NCBI GenBank assembly: GCA_964481705.1
Contig: CAYZUC010000003.1
Span: 608-64,607 of the forward strand
Reading direction: 5' to 3'
Source of the DNA: an uncultured Lachnospiraceae bacterium
GTDB taxonomy: Bacteria; Bacillota; Clostridia; Lachnospirales; Lachnospiraceae
DNA length: 64,000 bases
The position numbers were made by a program, and so were the translations under genes. A model generated the notes under the pieces. That model was not told where the DNA came from and did no database searches. It saw nothing but the letters and a program-made list of their open reading frames with translations. Below, piece after piece: positions 18,595-27,535 of this stretch. Every line of letters starts with the position of its first letter. Position 1 is the first letter of the stretch.

Positions 18595-20382
18595 CTATCT
18601 TATCTTCTGTATCCTGCGGTCATAGGTCATAATTCCATTAACCTCCTCTTCCACATCAGATACCTGTGTATAGCAGCATCCGCTCAGTCCCTTTTTTATC
18701 AACGGGATTACTTCCCCCTTTATCAGATTGTCATAAGCGGTCTGAAGCTCTCCCACTGAATGATATTTGCGATACCCATAGATTCGATCTACACTGGAAT
18801 GTCCCTTCATATAACAGGCAAATCCACCAAACTCCGAGATCACAAATGCACGAGGATCTTTTCGCACTTCGAGCTTACGAAAGTAGTTATGTACGCTCTT
18901 AAAATCACCGCCTCCCTGGTCAAACCAACCGCTGGCATGATCAATGGTTCGTGTTTTATCAATCTGACGTATTTTATCTACTGCATCCATAGCATCGAAC
19001 TGTCCCCAGCCTTCGTTGAACGGAACCCAAGTGGAAATGGATGTCGAATTATAAAGCGTCTCCACCGTTTCCTTACACTCCCGGATCCACTCCTTCCTGC
19101 TCGCAGGATCCTGTCTGGCAAATAAATGGTACTTATTATCCCGCAGCTCTGAGAAGGTTCCCGGAAAAACGGTCGGCAGGTAGCTTACTAGCGGCTTTGA
19201 ATAAGAGGTACCGCCACTGACCATATCCTGCCACACGATCATACCCAGACGATCACAATGGTAATACCACCTTGCACTCTCTATCTTCATATGCTTACGC
19301 ATCATGCGATAGCCCATCTTTTTCATGGTCATGATATCATAAATCAATGCCTCATCAGAAGGTGCTGTATAGAGTCCATCCGGCCAATATCCCTGATCCA
19401 AAACGCCAAACAAGAAGTAGGGCTTATGATTTAGAAAAAATCGCATCGTTCCCCTTTTATCAGGCTCTATGGTAAAGGAACGCATACCAAAATAGCTTTT
19501 TACAACATCCTCTCCTGCTATCAGTTCCAAATCATACAGGAATGGATTCTTGGGACTCCATGTATGATGCGACTCCAGTTCCAAAACAAGTGTGATGGGG
19601 CGACCTGCTTCGCAATGTGCACTTGACTTTGCGTCCGGCTCCTCCCCAGCAAATGCTTGAACACTGACTACCATATCATCCGAGGTTTCCACGCGGACAA
19701 ACAAACGGTTCTTATCAAAATCGGGAGTCAAACGGAAGCTCCTGATATATTCCTTCGGCCGCCATTCCAGCCAGACCGTCTGCCAGATACCGCTCTGACC
19801 TGTATAAAACATGCCGCCACGCTTTAGTGTCTGCTTTCCTCTACTGTGAAACGAAGTGTCGGTATCATCCTGCGCAACCACGGTAAGGATGTTCTCTCCT
19901 ACGGTCAGATAATCTGTAATATCTACTTCAAAGGGAAGATACCCGCCAAGGTGACTAATTACCTTTTTTCGATTCACGTAGATAGCACAAATCTGATCTA
20001 CCGCTCCAAAATGGAGAAAGCAACGTCCTTCTCGATACGGACATTGCAGCTCTACAGAATCCATATCCAGGATTCTCTCATACCAAAGGTACTCTTCCGG
20101 CTGAAGCTGCCTTTGTACGCCGGAAAGAATGCTCTCCGGAGAAAAAGGAACTAATATCCTGCCATCAAACTGCCCATTATATTCTGCCGAATCCGTAATA
20201 GCATAATCCCACCAACCGTTCAGAATGACAAAGGACTCTCGACAGCATTGTGGTGTGGGATGCTCCTGTAACACAGTACCATCTCCTTGTTGTACCTTTT
20301 CTCCCCACACAGTCATAAGAGGAGCCAATTCATCCTCCTCATGCGTTTTGTTAATGGCAAAAATCGCATCAAACAAATCCAT
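18595..20382 (-). CDS. Glycoside hydrolase family 2 (beta-galactosidase/beta-glucuronidase/beta-mannosidase family), cytoplasmic
   Basis: I prefer the ATG at 20382 (MDLFDAI) because it has a GGTGGAGG RBS; the track start at 20400 is a TTG without one. Candidate catalytic motifs are WVPFNEGWG (acid/base) and VISEFGG (nucleophile). There is no signal peptide. Confidence 0.8.
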   Translation of the reverse strand: MDLFDAIFAINKTHEEDELAPLMTVWGEKVQQGDGTVLQEHPTPQCCRESFVILNGWWDYAITDSAEYNGQFDGRILVPFSPESILSGVQRQLQPEEYLWYERILDMDSVELQCPYREGRCFLHFGAVDQICAIYVNRKKVISHLGGYLPFEVDITDYLTVGENILTVVAQDDTDTSFHSRGKQTLKRGGMFYTGQSGIWQTVWLEWRPKEYIRSFRLTPDFDKNRLFVRVETSDDMVVSVQAFAGEEPDAKSSAHCEAGRPITLVLELESHHTWSPKNPFLYDLELIAGEDVVKSYFGMRSFTIEPDKRGTMRFFLNHKPYFLFGVLDQGYWPDGLYTAPSDEALIYDIMTMKKMGYRMMRKHMKIESARWYYHCDRLGMIVWQDMVSGGTSYSKPLVSYLPTVFPGTFSELRDNKYHLFARQDPASRKEWIRECKETVETLYNSTSISTWVPFNEGWGQFDAMDAVDKIRQIDKTRTIDHASGWFDQGGGDFKSVHNYFRKLEVRKDPRAFVISEFGGFACYMKGHSSVDRIYGYRKYHSVGELQTAYDNLIKGEVIPLIKKGLSGCCYTQVSDVEEEVNGIMTYDRRIQKIR

Positions 20383-20457
20383 AGGCCAAACCTCCACCAA
20401 AGTAAAGAAAGACCGCCATCAGATTGTTGCATACTGTCGGCGGTATTTCATTCATTT

Positions 20458-21285
20458 TTATCTAGTCAATGCTCCGGATGGCTCTTTTATTCCATCCAAA
20501 CTCATTCCCTTTTCTTCAAGAAAACAATCCATTATCTTCTGTATCTGTTCCTTTTCATCTTGAGATGTCACAACCTGCAACATTTTCTGCAGTACCTGCG
20601 CTGCCTGAATATCACTCAAATATCTGTGCTGGCCACTTCCCATACGCACTACTTCCGGTTTCTTGTCGTTGTAATAAAACTCCCAGAACTTAACCTGATG
20701 AGCTTCCTCCTCCGAAAGAGCTATACAGTACTCCGGATGTGCCTCAAGAAAGCCTTCCGACTCTCCCTCTGCATCACTATGATTCTGAACGAGAAATACG
20801 GAGTAAATATAACGATCCTTCTCTTCTGTCTTAGCATCGCGGGTGGTAAGCATAACAAGATTACCCTTAGAAACACCACGGAAGTTCATGGCTGTACCCT
20901 TTTTTGCACCACTCATGACGCGTCCGGCTGTTACCCTCCTGTCATCACCAAGTGCCTCTGCTTTCTCTCTTTTTATTGCCACATTACATTTATTTGCCGG
21001 CTGCGAACCCGCAGACGTGGAGGGACGTGCATCCTTCTTCTCGCGAATCTCGCTTAATACCTTTGTCCGTTCCTGATCTTCCTGATCCTTTTTCTTTGAG
21101 ATTACTGCATTCATTATATTTTCTGTCTTTTCATCTTCCAGCTTCAGAAACGTCCCAAACCCTTCCGGATAAACAAACTTCTTTTTATCCTTACGAAATG
21201 CAACCGTTACTGTCTTATCCTGCTGATCAACAATGGTGCCTGCTCCAAACTTTGTATGAGTCACCTTTTGATTCAATAAATCCAT
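20458..21285 (-). CDS. Hypothetical protein with an N-terminal Tudor/DUF3553-like motif
   Basis: 275 aa. The N-terminus KVTHTKFGAGTIVDQQDKTVTVAF resembles the small beta-barrel motif at the C-terminus of PcrA/UvrD. A K/E/D-rich linker follows, then a roughly 150-aa C-terminal domain of unknown family. It has its own extended -10 (TGTTATACT, -10 at 21338-21333). Confidence 0.5.
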   Translation of the reverse strand: MDLLNQKVTHTKFGAGTIVDQQDKTVTVAFRKDKKKFVYPEGFGTFLKLEDEKTENIMNAVISKKKDQEDQERTKVLSEIREKKDARPSTSAGSQPANKCNVAIKREKAEALGDDRRVTAGRVMSGAKKGTAMNFRGVSKGNLVMLTTRDAKTEEKDRYIYSVFLVQNHSDAEGESEGFLEAHPEYCIALSEEEAHQVKFWEFYYNDKKPEVVRMGSGQHRYLSDIQAAQVLQKMLQVVTSQDEKEQIQKIMDCFLEEKGMSLDGIKEPSGALTR

Positions 21286-21370
21286 TCTGAAACCTCATCT
21301 TTCAATCTATCTATTTCTTTGTGTCTACATCCAGTATAACACATTCTGGGACAAATTGCCTGCTTTTCTT

Positions 21371-22066
21371 TTAGCTTTTTACTTCCTCAAGATAATTGAT
21401 GCCCTTCATATGACTTAACTCATTCATAATCTCGTAGTGACTGTGTCTGCCTCCCAAATCCAATTCCAGAAGAATAATCACATCGCTCTTATTCGCTATC
21501 TGCTCTCTCTTTTTTTCCATAGAGCAAATAGCATATCCCTTATCATGTATATGCTTCATAAGTCGGCTAACCCCAGTATCATTCTCAACCTCAAGATATA
21601 ACCCAAGAATTCTGTTAAAGCGTTCCTGATAGCGGCTGATATTCTGTAGAACCGTAATCGTAAACATTACCAGCGCAAATGCAAATAAGCTGATATATAT
21701 CATTCCAGAACCGATGGCAATGCCCAGCGTAGCTGTAACCCATAGTCCTGCTGCAGTTGTGAGTCCCTTTACATGATTTCGATTGGTTACAATAATGGTA
21801 CCAACCCCCAAAAATCCCACACCACTTACAACTCCGGCAGGAAGTCTGCTGGCATCTGCACTTCCAGTCACTTTCCATAGATAAATATTCGCAATCGTAG
21901 CCAATGCCGCTCCCAAGCACACAAGTGCAAATGTCCTAAGACCTGCAGCATGCCTTCGATTCGCACGTTCAATACCAACCAATCCTCCGAGAAAGGTTGC
22001 TAAAAATAGACGTAAAATAATCGAAACGGTATTAAATTCCTGAAGATATGCAAGTATCTCACGCAT
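21371..22066 (-). CDS. mgtC: MgtC/SapB family membrane protein
   Basis: 231 aa with GGLVGIERANRRHAAGLRTFALVCLGAAL, typical of the MgtC N-terminal domain, and a soluble ACT-like C-terminus. Confidence 0.85.
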   Translation of the reverse strand: MREILAYLQEFNTVSIILRLFLATFLGGLVGIERANRRHAAGLRTFALVCLGAALATIANIYLWKVTGSADASRLPAGVVSGVGFLGVGTIIVTNRNHVKGLTTAAGLWVTATLGIAIGSGMIYISLFAFALVMFTITVLQNISRYQERFNRILGLYLEVENDTGVSRLMKHIHDKGYAICSMEKKREQIANKSDVIILLELDLGGRHSHYEIMNELSHMKGINYLEEVKS

Positions 22067-22149
22067 CGATATCTCCTCCTCTCCACGAATCCTTCTTACT
22101 TTATAGTATTATTGTACCAAAATACAAGTCAGATTACCATCCGTTTCCA

Positions 22150-22189
22150 AATAAAAAACAGCCATAGGAGACGAATCTCCCATGACTGT
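22150..22189 (-). terminator. Rho-independent terminator after the repeat lipoprotein gene
   Basis: A 14-bp stem (22158-22171 with 22176-22189) has a 4-nt loop. It is perfect on the minus-strand RNA if two G-U pairs are allowed, but has two mismatches on the plus strand. UUUUUAU follows. Confidence 0.75.
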
Positions 22190-22207
22190 CAGGATAATCA
22201 GTATTGA

Positions 22208-22483
22208 TTATTCTGCTACTGTTGTAGCCTCTGTAGCTGCTTCTGTTGTAGCTGCTTCTGTTGTAGCTTCTTCAGTTGTAGCTGCTTCTGTTGTAGCTTC
22301 CTCTGTTGTAGCTGCTTCTGTTGTAGCTTCTACTGTTGTAGCCTCTGTAGCTGCTTCTGTTGTAGCTTCTACTGTTGTAGCTTCTACTGTTGTAGGCTCT
22401 ACTGCTGCCTCAGAACCACATCCTACCATCATTGTTGCTGTCATCATAACTGCTGCTGCTAATAAAACGATTTTGTTTTTCAT
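22208..22483 (-). CDS. Small lipoprotein with a Thr/Glu/Ala-rich tandem-repeat tail
   Basis: MKNKIVLLAAAVMMTATMMVGC contains a lipobox, and AGGAGGAG lies 7 nt upstream of the ATG at 22483. The mature part is almost entirely EATT/EAATT repeats. Confidence 0.75.
   Translation of the reverse strand: MKNKIVLLAAAVMMTATMMVGCGSEAAVEPTTVEATTVEATTEAATEATTVEATTEAATTEEATTEAATTEEATTEAATTEAATEATTVAE
22214..22407. repeat. Imperfect in-frame tandem repeats (about 30-nt period built from 15-nt subunits) inside the lipoprotein gene
   Basis: Repeated units are visible directly in the DNA, for example GCTGCTTCTGTTGTAGCTTC(T/C)(T/A)C(A/T)GTTGTA. Confidence 0.8.
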
Positions 22484-22541
22484 AATAAAACTCCTCCTGA
22501 AATCTTTTTTATGTTGTTTGGTTTCCCTTACAACAAAAGTG

Positions 22542-22570
22542 AGTATAACCCATTCCAGGATAGTTGTAAA
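22542..22570 (-). promoter_or_regulatory. Candidate sigma-A promoter for the repeat lipoprotein gene
   Basis: The minus strand reads TTTACA, a 17-nt spacer, then TATACT. It lies about 60 nt upstream of the ATG at 22483. Confidence 0.45.
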
Positions 22571-22754
22571 TAGACTTTGAACATTTTTGTACAATTCGTG
22601 AATAAAATGTGTGTTTGTTCATATTTTATTCATATACTTTGTCAATATGACTATTTTACTCAAAATAATAACTTCTTTTTGTGGTGATTACCAACATGTA
22701 CAGGTTTACATAATTATTTCATTGTGCATGTTTACTTAACTTATTTTTGCTTTC

Positions 22755-23378
22755 TCATCCTGTGATTTCTCTCATGAATTTTATCATATCCTCCACGCGT
22801 TCTCCATTTACGGTTACAGAATCCAAAAGGAACGTTCCGTCCTCATAAAGTACAAAATTTACCTTGAAGACATCCTCTCCATGAGTGCCAGTATACCATA
22901 CGCAGATATCATTTTGCGGACTCACGATAGCTGACCACTCACCCTGTCCGTAACCAGTAAGTATATCATTTACCGTCACAGAGGAACCCGAAAAATAACA
23001 TTGACCAACCATAGCCTGTTTTGCTGTGGCGGCTATATCCGTCTTACTTGTTATGTTTGTAAAGCTTACTACAACGGTTCCCGTTGCATAATCCACGCCT
23101 GCCCTATTTTTCGAGTAAGGGCCATTCATACCGGAAACCGTAAACTCATCCGCATGATTGCTTTCTTTGTCTCCAGAGCCCTCTCCTACTGCACTCTTTG
23201 CCTTTTGTTTTGCTTCTCCTGCATTTACAGAGGATTCCAAAGCATTGGAATCAGAAATGGAGGCGCCGGAAACCTCATCGCCGGAAATTGATTTTCCTTT
23301 CTTACCACATCCTGTGCACAGCAGCAACGCACAGCACAACAACAATCCCAAAAGAAAATAACTCTTTATCCTGTCCAT
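22755..23378 (-). CDS. Lipoprotein of unknown function
   Basis: MDRIKSYFLLGLLLCCALLLCTGC contains a lipobox. The ATG at 23378 has a GAGGA RBS; the track start is 23390. It is the last gene of the amidase transcription unit. Confidence 0.75.
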   Translation of the reverse strand: MDRIKSYFLLGLLLCCALLLCTGCGKKGKSISGDEVSGASISDSNALESSVNAGEAKQKAKSAVGEGSGDKESNHADEFTVSGMNGPYSKNRAGVDYATGTVVVSFTNITSKTDIAATAKQAMVGQCYFSGSSVTVNDILTGYGQGEWSAIVSPQNDICVWYTGTHGEDVFKVNFVLYEDGTFLLDSVTVNGERVEDMIKFMREITG

Positions 23379-23463
23379 ATATGTCCTCATTCCTAAACAT
23401 CCTATTGTTTATCTTAAGCTTGTACTGCAAAGAAACTGCCGAAATAGCTTCGGCAGTTCCTAG

Positions 23464-24153
23464 TTATTGTTGTATATGATAGGTACCTGCGAAGGAACTT
23501 GTTCCTTCCTTATCCGTAATTTCAATCACGCCATCATCTGTCATTTTGATTTCAAAGGAAAAATCCTCTCCCTTATAGACAGCATGATCGCCTTCTGGCT
23601 GAAGTTCGGTTGTAAAGATTTCTTTCTCACCCTTACGCACGTTCATCTCAAAGGAATGAGAATCAGCCATAGCCAAATCTACATATTTCGTTCCGTTGTC
23701 ATCAACAAAGCTTCCAAACCAGCTATATTCCTTATCTGTCTCCTCATTGTAGAGTGGAAATTCCGAGAAGTCACATACTGTGTTGTTCTCGATATCGTAT
23801 GCCATGACATCTCCGGTTACTGTATTTACAGCAAGACCATAATCAGTTAATTCCTTACCATCTGATGTAACCCTTGCTACGTAATAATCTTGATCTGATA
23901 AGTCAACAACATCCTTCTGTACCTTAAAGGTTGCATCTTTTCCTTGAAGCTTCTCTTCAATTAAGCTCTCCGCATCCTTCTTTGACAGTTCATATGTGAA
24001 TGAGCTGTCCTCAACCGGCTTTGCAGCATATCCTCCTTCACTTACTTCTGATGGATTTACCTCTGTTGTGGGAGATGGAGCTTTTCCGACAGAGCAGCCT
24101 GTTATAAGCAGAGCAAATGTTGTAATACATATTCCTATTTGAACTCTTTTCAT
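23464..24153 (-). CDS. Lipoprotein with a PepSY-like N-terminal module
   Basis: MKRVQIGICITTFALLITGC contains a lipobox. The ATG at 24153 has a GGGAGAG RBS; the track start at 24168 abuts the amidase stop. The pattern DAESLIEEKL...YYVARVTSDGKE...LAVNTVTGDVMAYD resembles PepSY. This is by eye and needs an HMM search. Confidence 0.65.
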   Translation of the reverse strand: MKRVQIGICITTFALLITGCSVGKAPSPTTEVNPSEVSEGGYAAKPVEDSSFTYELSKKDAESLIEEKLQGKDATFKVQKDVVDLSDQDYYVARVTSDGKELTDYGLAVNTVTGDVMAYDIENNTVCDFSEFPLYNEETDKEYSWFGSFVDDNGTKYVDLAMADSHSFEMNVRKGEKEIFTTELQPEGDHAVYKGEDFSFEIKMTDDGVIEITDKEGTSSFAGTYHIQQ

Positions 24154-24168
24154 TTTTCTCTCTCCCAT

Positions 24169-27100
24169 CTATTTCCTCTCTAATCCATAGTAGGACGCAA
24201 TGGCATCCGCATTCGCCTGTCCTATTTGCTTCATTTTCTCGGAGCTTAGGAACGAAGCATCTCCGTCCATAAAGAACTCTTCTACAAGAATTGCAGGAAC
24301 GCCCAAAGTAGCTGCGCGATTTAAGACCGCAAGATCCGAACGTGTTTTCAATCCTCTGTTTCCCAGACCAAAATAGTTCTGATTGTAAGAAATAATCTTA
24401 CTTGCCAATCCCTCTTTTTTATCACTTGCCTTTCCGGAAAGTAAAACCTCCGTACCCTTTCCTCCTCCGGCGTTCAGATGAATGCTTACCAGAACATCGC
24501 AGCCCTGGTTCTTTGCCATATCGGCACGATATGCATTATCTACTGTGGAGTCACCGGTTCTCGTCATAACGACTGTTGCATTCTTATAGTCATTCAGTAA
24601 ACGATCCTTACATGCATTCGCAATAATCAAGGTCGCATCCTGTTCTCTCCAGCCATTATAATTTGCTCCATTGTTGCTTCCTCCATGTCCGGGATCCAGA
24701 CATACTTTTACTTTTCCACCGCCTTCTTCTGCGACTGCTTCAGTTACCTTAACCCTGCAGGTAGCTTTGATGCCATTGTCCGTTTCAGCAGTAACCGTGA
24801 TATACGTATTATCCTTCGTCTTCTTTATTCCCTTAATAACTCCCTTGCTGGATACTGTCACATAATTCGTGTTGCTCGAATACCAGGATATGTGTTTTGC
24901 GGTCGTCTGTTCTGGAGTGAATTTTTCAACCTTTAAGGTTTTCGTCTGACCAATTCCAACACTTGTTGATGTAGTGTTCAGTTTGATAGCGCTCGGATTA
25001 CAGAATCTGGAACCGGCAGGTCTGCCCTGAATGCGGTTCTTGCTTACCTTCTCATTGTAATACCAGCCACTGACACGATACTTCATCAGCGTACCATCTG
25101 CAATCACAGACTTATCATAAAAATGGAACACACCATTTGTGGATTTGTAGGACTTACTTGTTTTACTGTCATTTGGATTTAAGGTTACCCAATTATCATA
25201 CGAGCCATCACTATCACCCATGGAACGCTCAATCGTATAGTACTCAATGTACTCTGAACCGGTTCCGGTAATCTTTGTCCAGCTTACATCAGCACCTTCA
25301 TTTGCAGTATGACCTGTAGTTGCAACATTTTCAGGAGCCGCAGGTCTTGGCCACTCTTCAACCACGTTGGAGTAAGCTCCCTGCAGTTCTCCACCCGGAA
25401 GGTTACTATCCTTTTTCACAGCAGAAACACGATAGAAATAATGCTTTCCAGGAGTCAAGCCATCGAAATTCAGATATCTCTTCGTATAGTAAGTAGTTCC
25501 TTTGGAAACCACCCTTCTATAGTAGGTCTCTCCTGCGAATTTATCATTCTCACAGCTTTCTACGATATAACGTTCTGCAGACTTTCCGCAATCCGACCAG
25601 GTAACCTGAATCTTGCTAAGAGATTGTGCTGCTGCTTTCAATGTTGGTGCTTTCAGCTTCGTGTAATCGTAACCATAGGGTTCTTCCACTCCATATTGTT
25701 TCCTATGAACATGAACACCATTTTTGGTAGCCGGACGTACTTTGAACGCATAGTATCGTCCATGCTTTAATCCTGTCTTTTTATAGGTAATCATCTTGGT
25801 TATTTTATTCGCAGATGCCGTACATTTGGCTACCGGTGCATAATACCACTGATCCTCAGGAAGGAGCTTGCCATCTGCTCCCACAATATTCTGAGCCATC
25901 AAAATCTGATAATACTTTGCTCCATCTACCTTTTTAAAGGTCAATTCCATCGCATTGAAGTTTGCACTTTTTACTGTCAGGGATTCCAGATCGTTCAGTT
26001 GGGTTTTGATTCCCTTTGCTTCACTCTTTGCTCCCTGAACCTTGTTAATCACAGAAGAAATCTTGTAATAGTACATTGCCTCAGCCGGGACATTGCTCAG
26101 TGTATACTGCAGACAATTGTAGCTTACTCCTACCTTGCTGCCATCCACTCTCGTTGCCTTGTCGGGTTTTACGGCCTTAACTTTGGTATAATTTGAAAGA
26201 CCATTTTTTGAACGCCAAATCTGGTAATAATTATTTCCTGTAATATCCTTTTGTTCTTCCCATGTAAAAGTTACCGTACTTCCGCTGTTGGAAGAAACAG
26301 ACGCAAAACGCGGAGCATTCATGGCCACTCGTGCCTTTTTTGCAGTAGAACCTTTGGAGGTTACAAGCTTTCCATCTACCTGCGCCTGTGCATAAACCTT
26401 ATAATAGTAATACTCTCCAAATTGAAAATCTTCAAATCCACCGTTTTTATTATGCCCATCATCCAAATAACGTACTGCATCAACACCATTCAGCGCTGTT
26501 ACCACATTGCCAAAATACTTGTGCGTATTCTGTGCATCTGCTCCTGTCATATCAGGCAGTTCGCTATACGCCTTGCTTACACGATAAGCTCTTTTTACCA
26601 TATAGCTGGTAGCACCTTTTGTCTTGGAAAATTCTACTCCCATAACATCCTTACTTCCGTAGGCAGCCGCTGACAATATCGTCGGCGTACACACGACAAC
26701 AGTACCGTCTCCATAAACAATACTTCCATCAGGAACTCTTCTGCCTCCAGAAATACGGTATATATAGCTATCCGAAATCTTTTTGTCATTAAAATGTTTG
26801 GTCATGACTTCACCAAGAAGCTCCCATTCACCATTTGACTTTCTTCTCTCAATTTTATAGAATTTGGCTCCAGTTACGGCTGCCCATGTCAGCTTTACAT
26901 AGTTCTTCTTTGTCAATACTGCCTTGGTATTCTTCTCTGCAGGCGCTGTAACACTTGTCTTTGCCGACACAATATCACTAATCAGAGGGGTATCATTAAT
27001 CTTATCAATTACTTCAATATAATACTCGTATGTTGTATTATACTGGAGTCCCCCATCCTTAAATTTGCGTACATTCGGTTTTAAGGACTTAATCAAATCG

Positions 27101-27498
27101 AAATCCTGTGAACCGTTTAAAGAGGAAACTCTCCTATAAACATTATATCTCTTTGGATTGTAAGTATTGTCATTCCATTTTAGGGTAATCGCTTTTACTT
27201 CCACTTTGTTGACACTTAATGTAAACAAACTGGAATCTGTCTCACCCTTCTCATCCACGACATCCGATCCGGACACTGTATCCTCCGAAATGGTCTCTGA
27301 ACCATCGAGAGCCGTTATCATTGCATTTTCCGTCTCTACACTCTCTGATATGTCATTCTCTGTGATACTTTCTGTCACCTCAGCTGGTAACGCTTCCGCA
27401 AAGACCTGAAACCAGTTGCCGGAAGTCAATGTCATGGCAATTGCCAGCACAATACCCAGAAATCTCTTCGTTTGCATACTCATCAATACGTTTCTCAT
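24169..27498 (-). CDS. Secreted multi-FN3/Big_2 protein with a C-terminal N-acetylmuramoyl-L-alanine amidase (Amidase_3) domain
   Basis: 1109 aa. It has a signal peptide (FLGIVLAIAMTLTSGNWFQVFA), an acidic linker, about seven FN3-like modules and a Big_2-like module (KTLKVEKFTPEQTTAKHISWYSSNTNYVTVSSKGVIKGIKK). The amidase motifs are KVCLDPGHGG, VSIHLNAGGG and LVEEFFMD. Confidence 0.85.
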   Translation of the reverse strand: MRNVLMSMQTKRFLGIVLAIAMTLTSGNWFQVFAEALPAEVTESITENDISESVETENAMITALDGSETISEDTVSGSDVVDEKGETDSSLFTLSVNKVEVKAITLKWNDNTYNPKRYNVYRRVSSLNGSQDFDLIKSLKPNVRKFKDGGLQYNTTYEYYIEVIDKINDTPLISDIVSAKTSVTAPAEKNTKAVLTKKNYVKLTWAAVTGAKFYKIERRKSNGEWELLGEVMTKHFNDKKISDSYIYRISGGRRVPDGSIVYGDGTVVVCTPTILSAAAYGSKDVMGVEFSKTKGATSYMVKRAYRVSKAYSELPDMTGADAQNTHKYFGNVVTALNGVDAVRYLDDGHNKNGGFEDFQFGEYYYYKVYAQAQVDGKLVTSKGSTAKKARVAMNAPRFASVSSNSGSTVTFTWEEQKDITGNNYYQIWRSKNGLSNYTKVKAVKPDKATRVDGSKVGVSYNCLQYTLSNVPAEAMYYYKISSVINKVQGAKSEAKGIKTQLNDLESLTVKSANFNAMELTFKKVDGAKYYQILMAQNIVGADGKLLPEDQWYYAPVAKCTASANKITKMITYKKTGLKHGRYYAFKVRPATKNGVHVHRKQYGVEEPYGYDYTKLKAPTLKAAAQSLSKIQVTWSDCGKSAERYIVESCENDKFAGETYYRRVVSKGTTYYTKRYLNFDGLTPGKHYFYRVSAVKKDSNLPGGELQGAYSNVVEEWPRPAAPENVATTGHTANEGADVSWTKITGTGSEYIEYYTIERSMGDSDGSYDNWVTLNPNDSKTSKSYKSTNGVFHFYDKSVIADGTLMKYRVSGWYYNEKVSKNRIQGRPAGSRFCNPSAIKLNTTSTSVGIGQTKTLKVEKFTPEQTTAKHISWYSSNTNYVTVSSKGVIKGIKKTKDNTYITVTAETDNGIKATCRVKVTEAVAEEGGGKVKVCLDPGHGGSNNGANYNGWREQDATLIIANACKDRLLNDYKNATVVMTRTGDSTVDNAYRADMAKNQGCDVLVSIHLNAGGGKGTEVLLSGKASDKKEGLASKIISYNQNYFGLGNRGLKTRSDLAVLNRAATLGVPAILVEEFFMDGDASFLSSEKMKQIGQANADAIASYYGLERK

Positions 27499-27535
27499 TT
27501 CATTCCCTCTTCTTCATAATCTGTTTCCGTTTTCA

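Noticed and set aside
18570-18600. A 13-nt tandem duplication (TATCGTTTGTTCC twice, with a partial third copy) abutting the GH2 stop codon.
   Set aside because: It is very short, has only two copies and lies in a 3' UTR. It is most simply a replication-slippage scar, with no evidence of function beyond proximity to the hairpin noted separately.
22067-22160. A possible M-box (Mg2+) riboswitch in front of mgtC.
   Set aside because: Only about 90 nt are available between the upstream terminator and the mgtC ATG, which is too short for an M-box. I see no extended conserved helices. An Rfam scan would settle it.
22214-22407. Regularly spaced direct repeats that could suggest a CRISPR array.
   Set aside because: The repeats are contiguous with no unique spacers, have a period of only about 15-30 nt, lie in frame within a coding sequence, and no cas genes are present.
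22182-22580. A 132-aa plus-strand ORF with a striking VVAS/SVVA repeat (MTVRIISIDYSATVVASVAASVVAASVV...).
   Set aside because: It is the antisense mirror of the minus-strand repeat lipoprotein gene. The minus-strand gene has a strong AGGAGGAG RBS, a lipobox signal peptide and a strand-specific terminator. The plus ORF starts inside that terminator hairpin and has no RBS.
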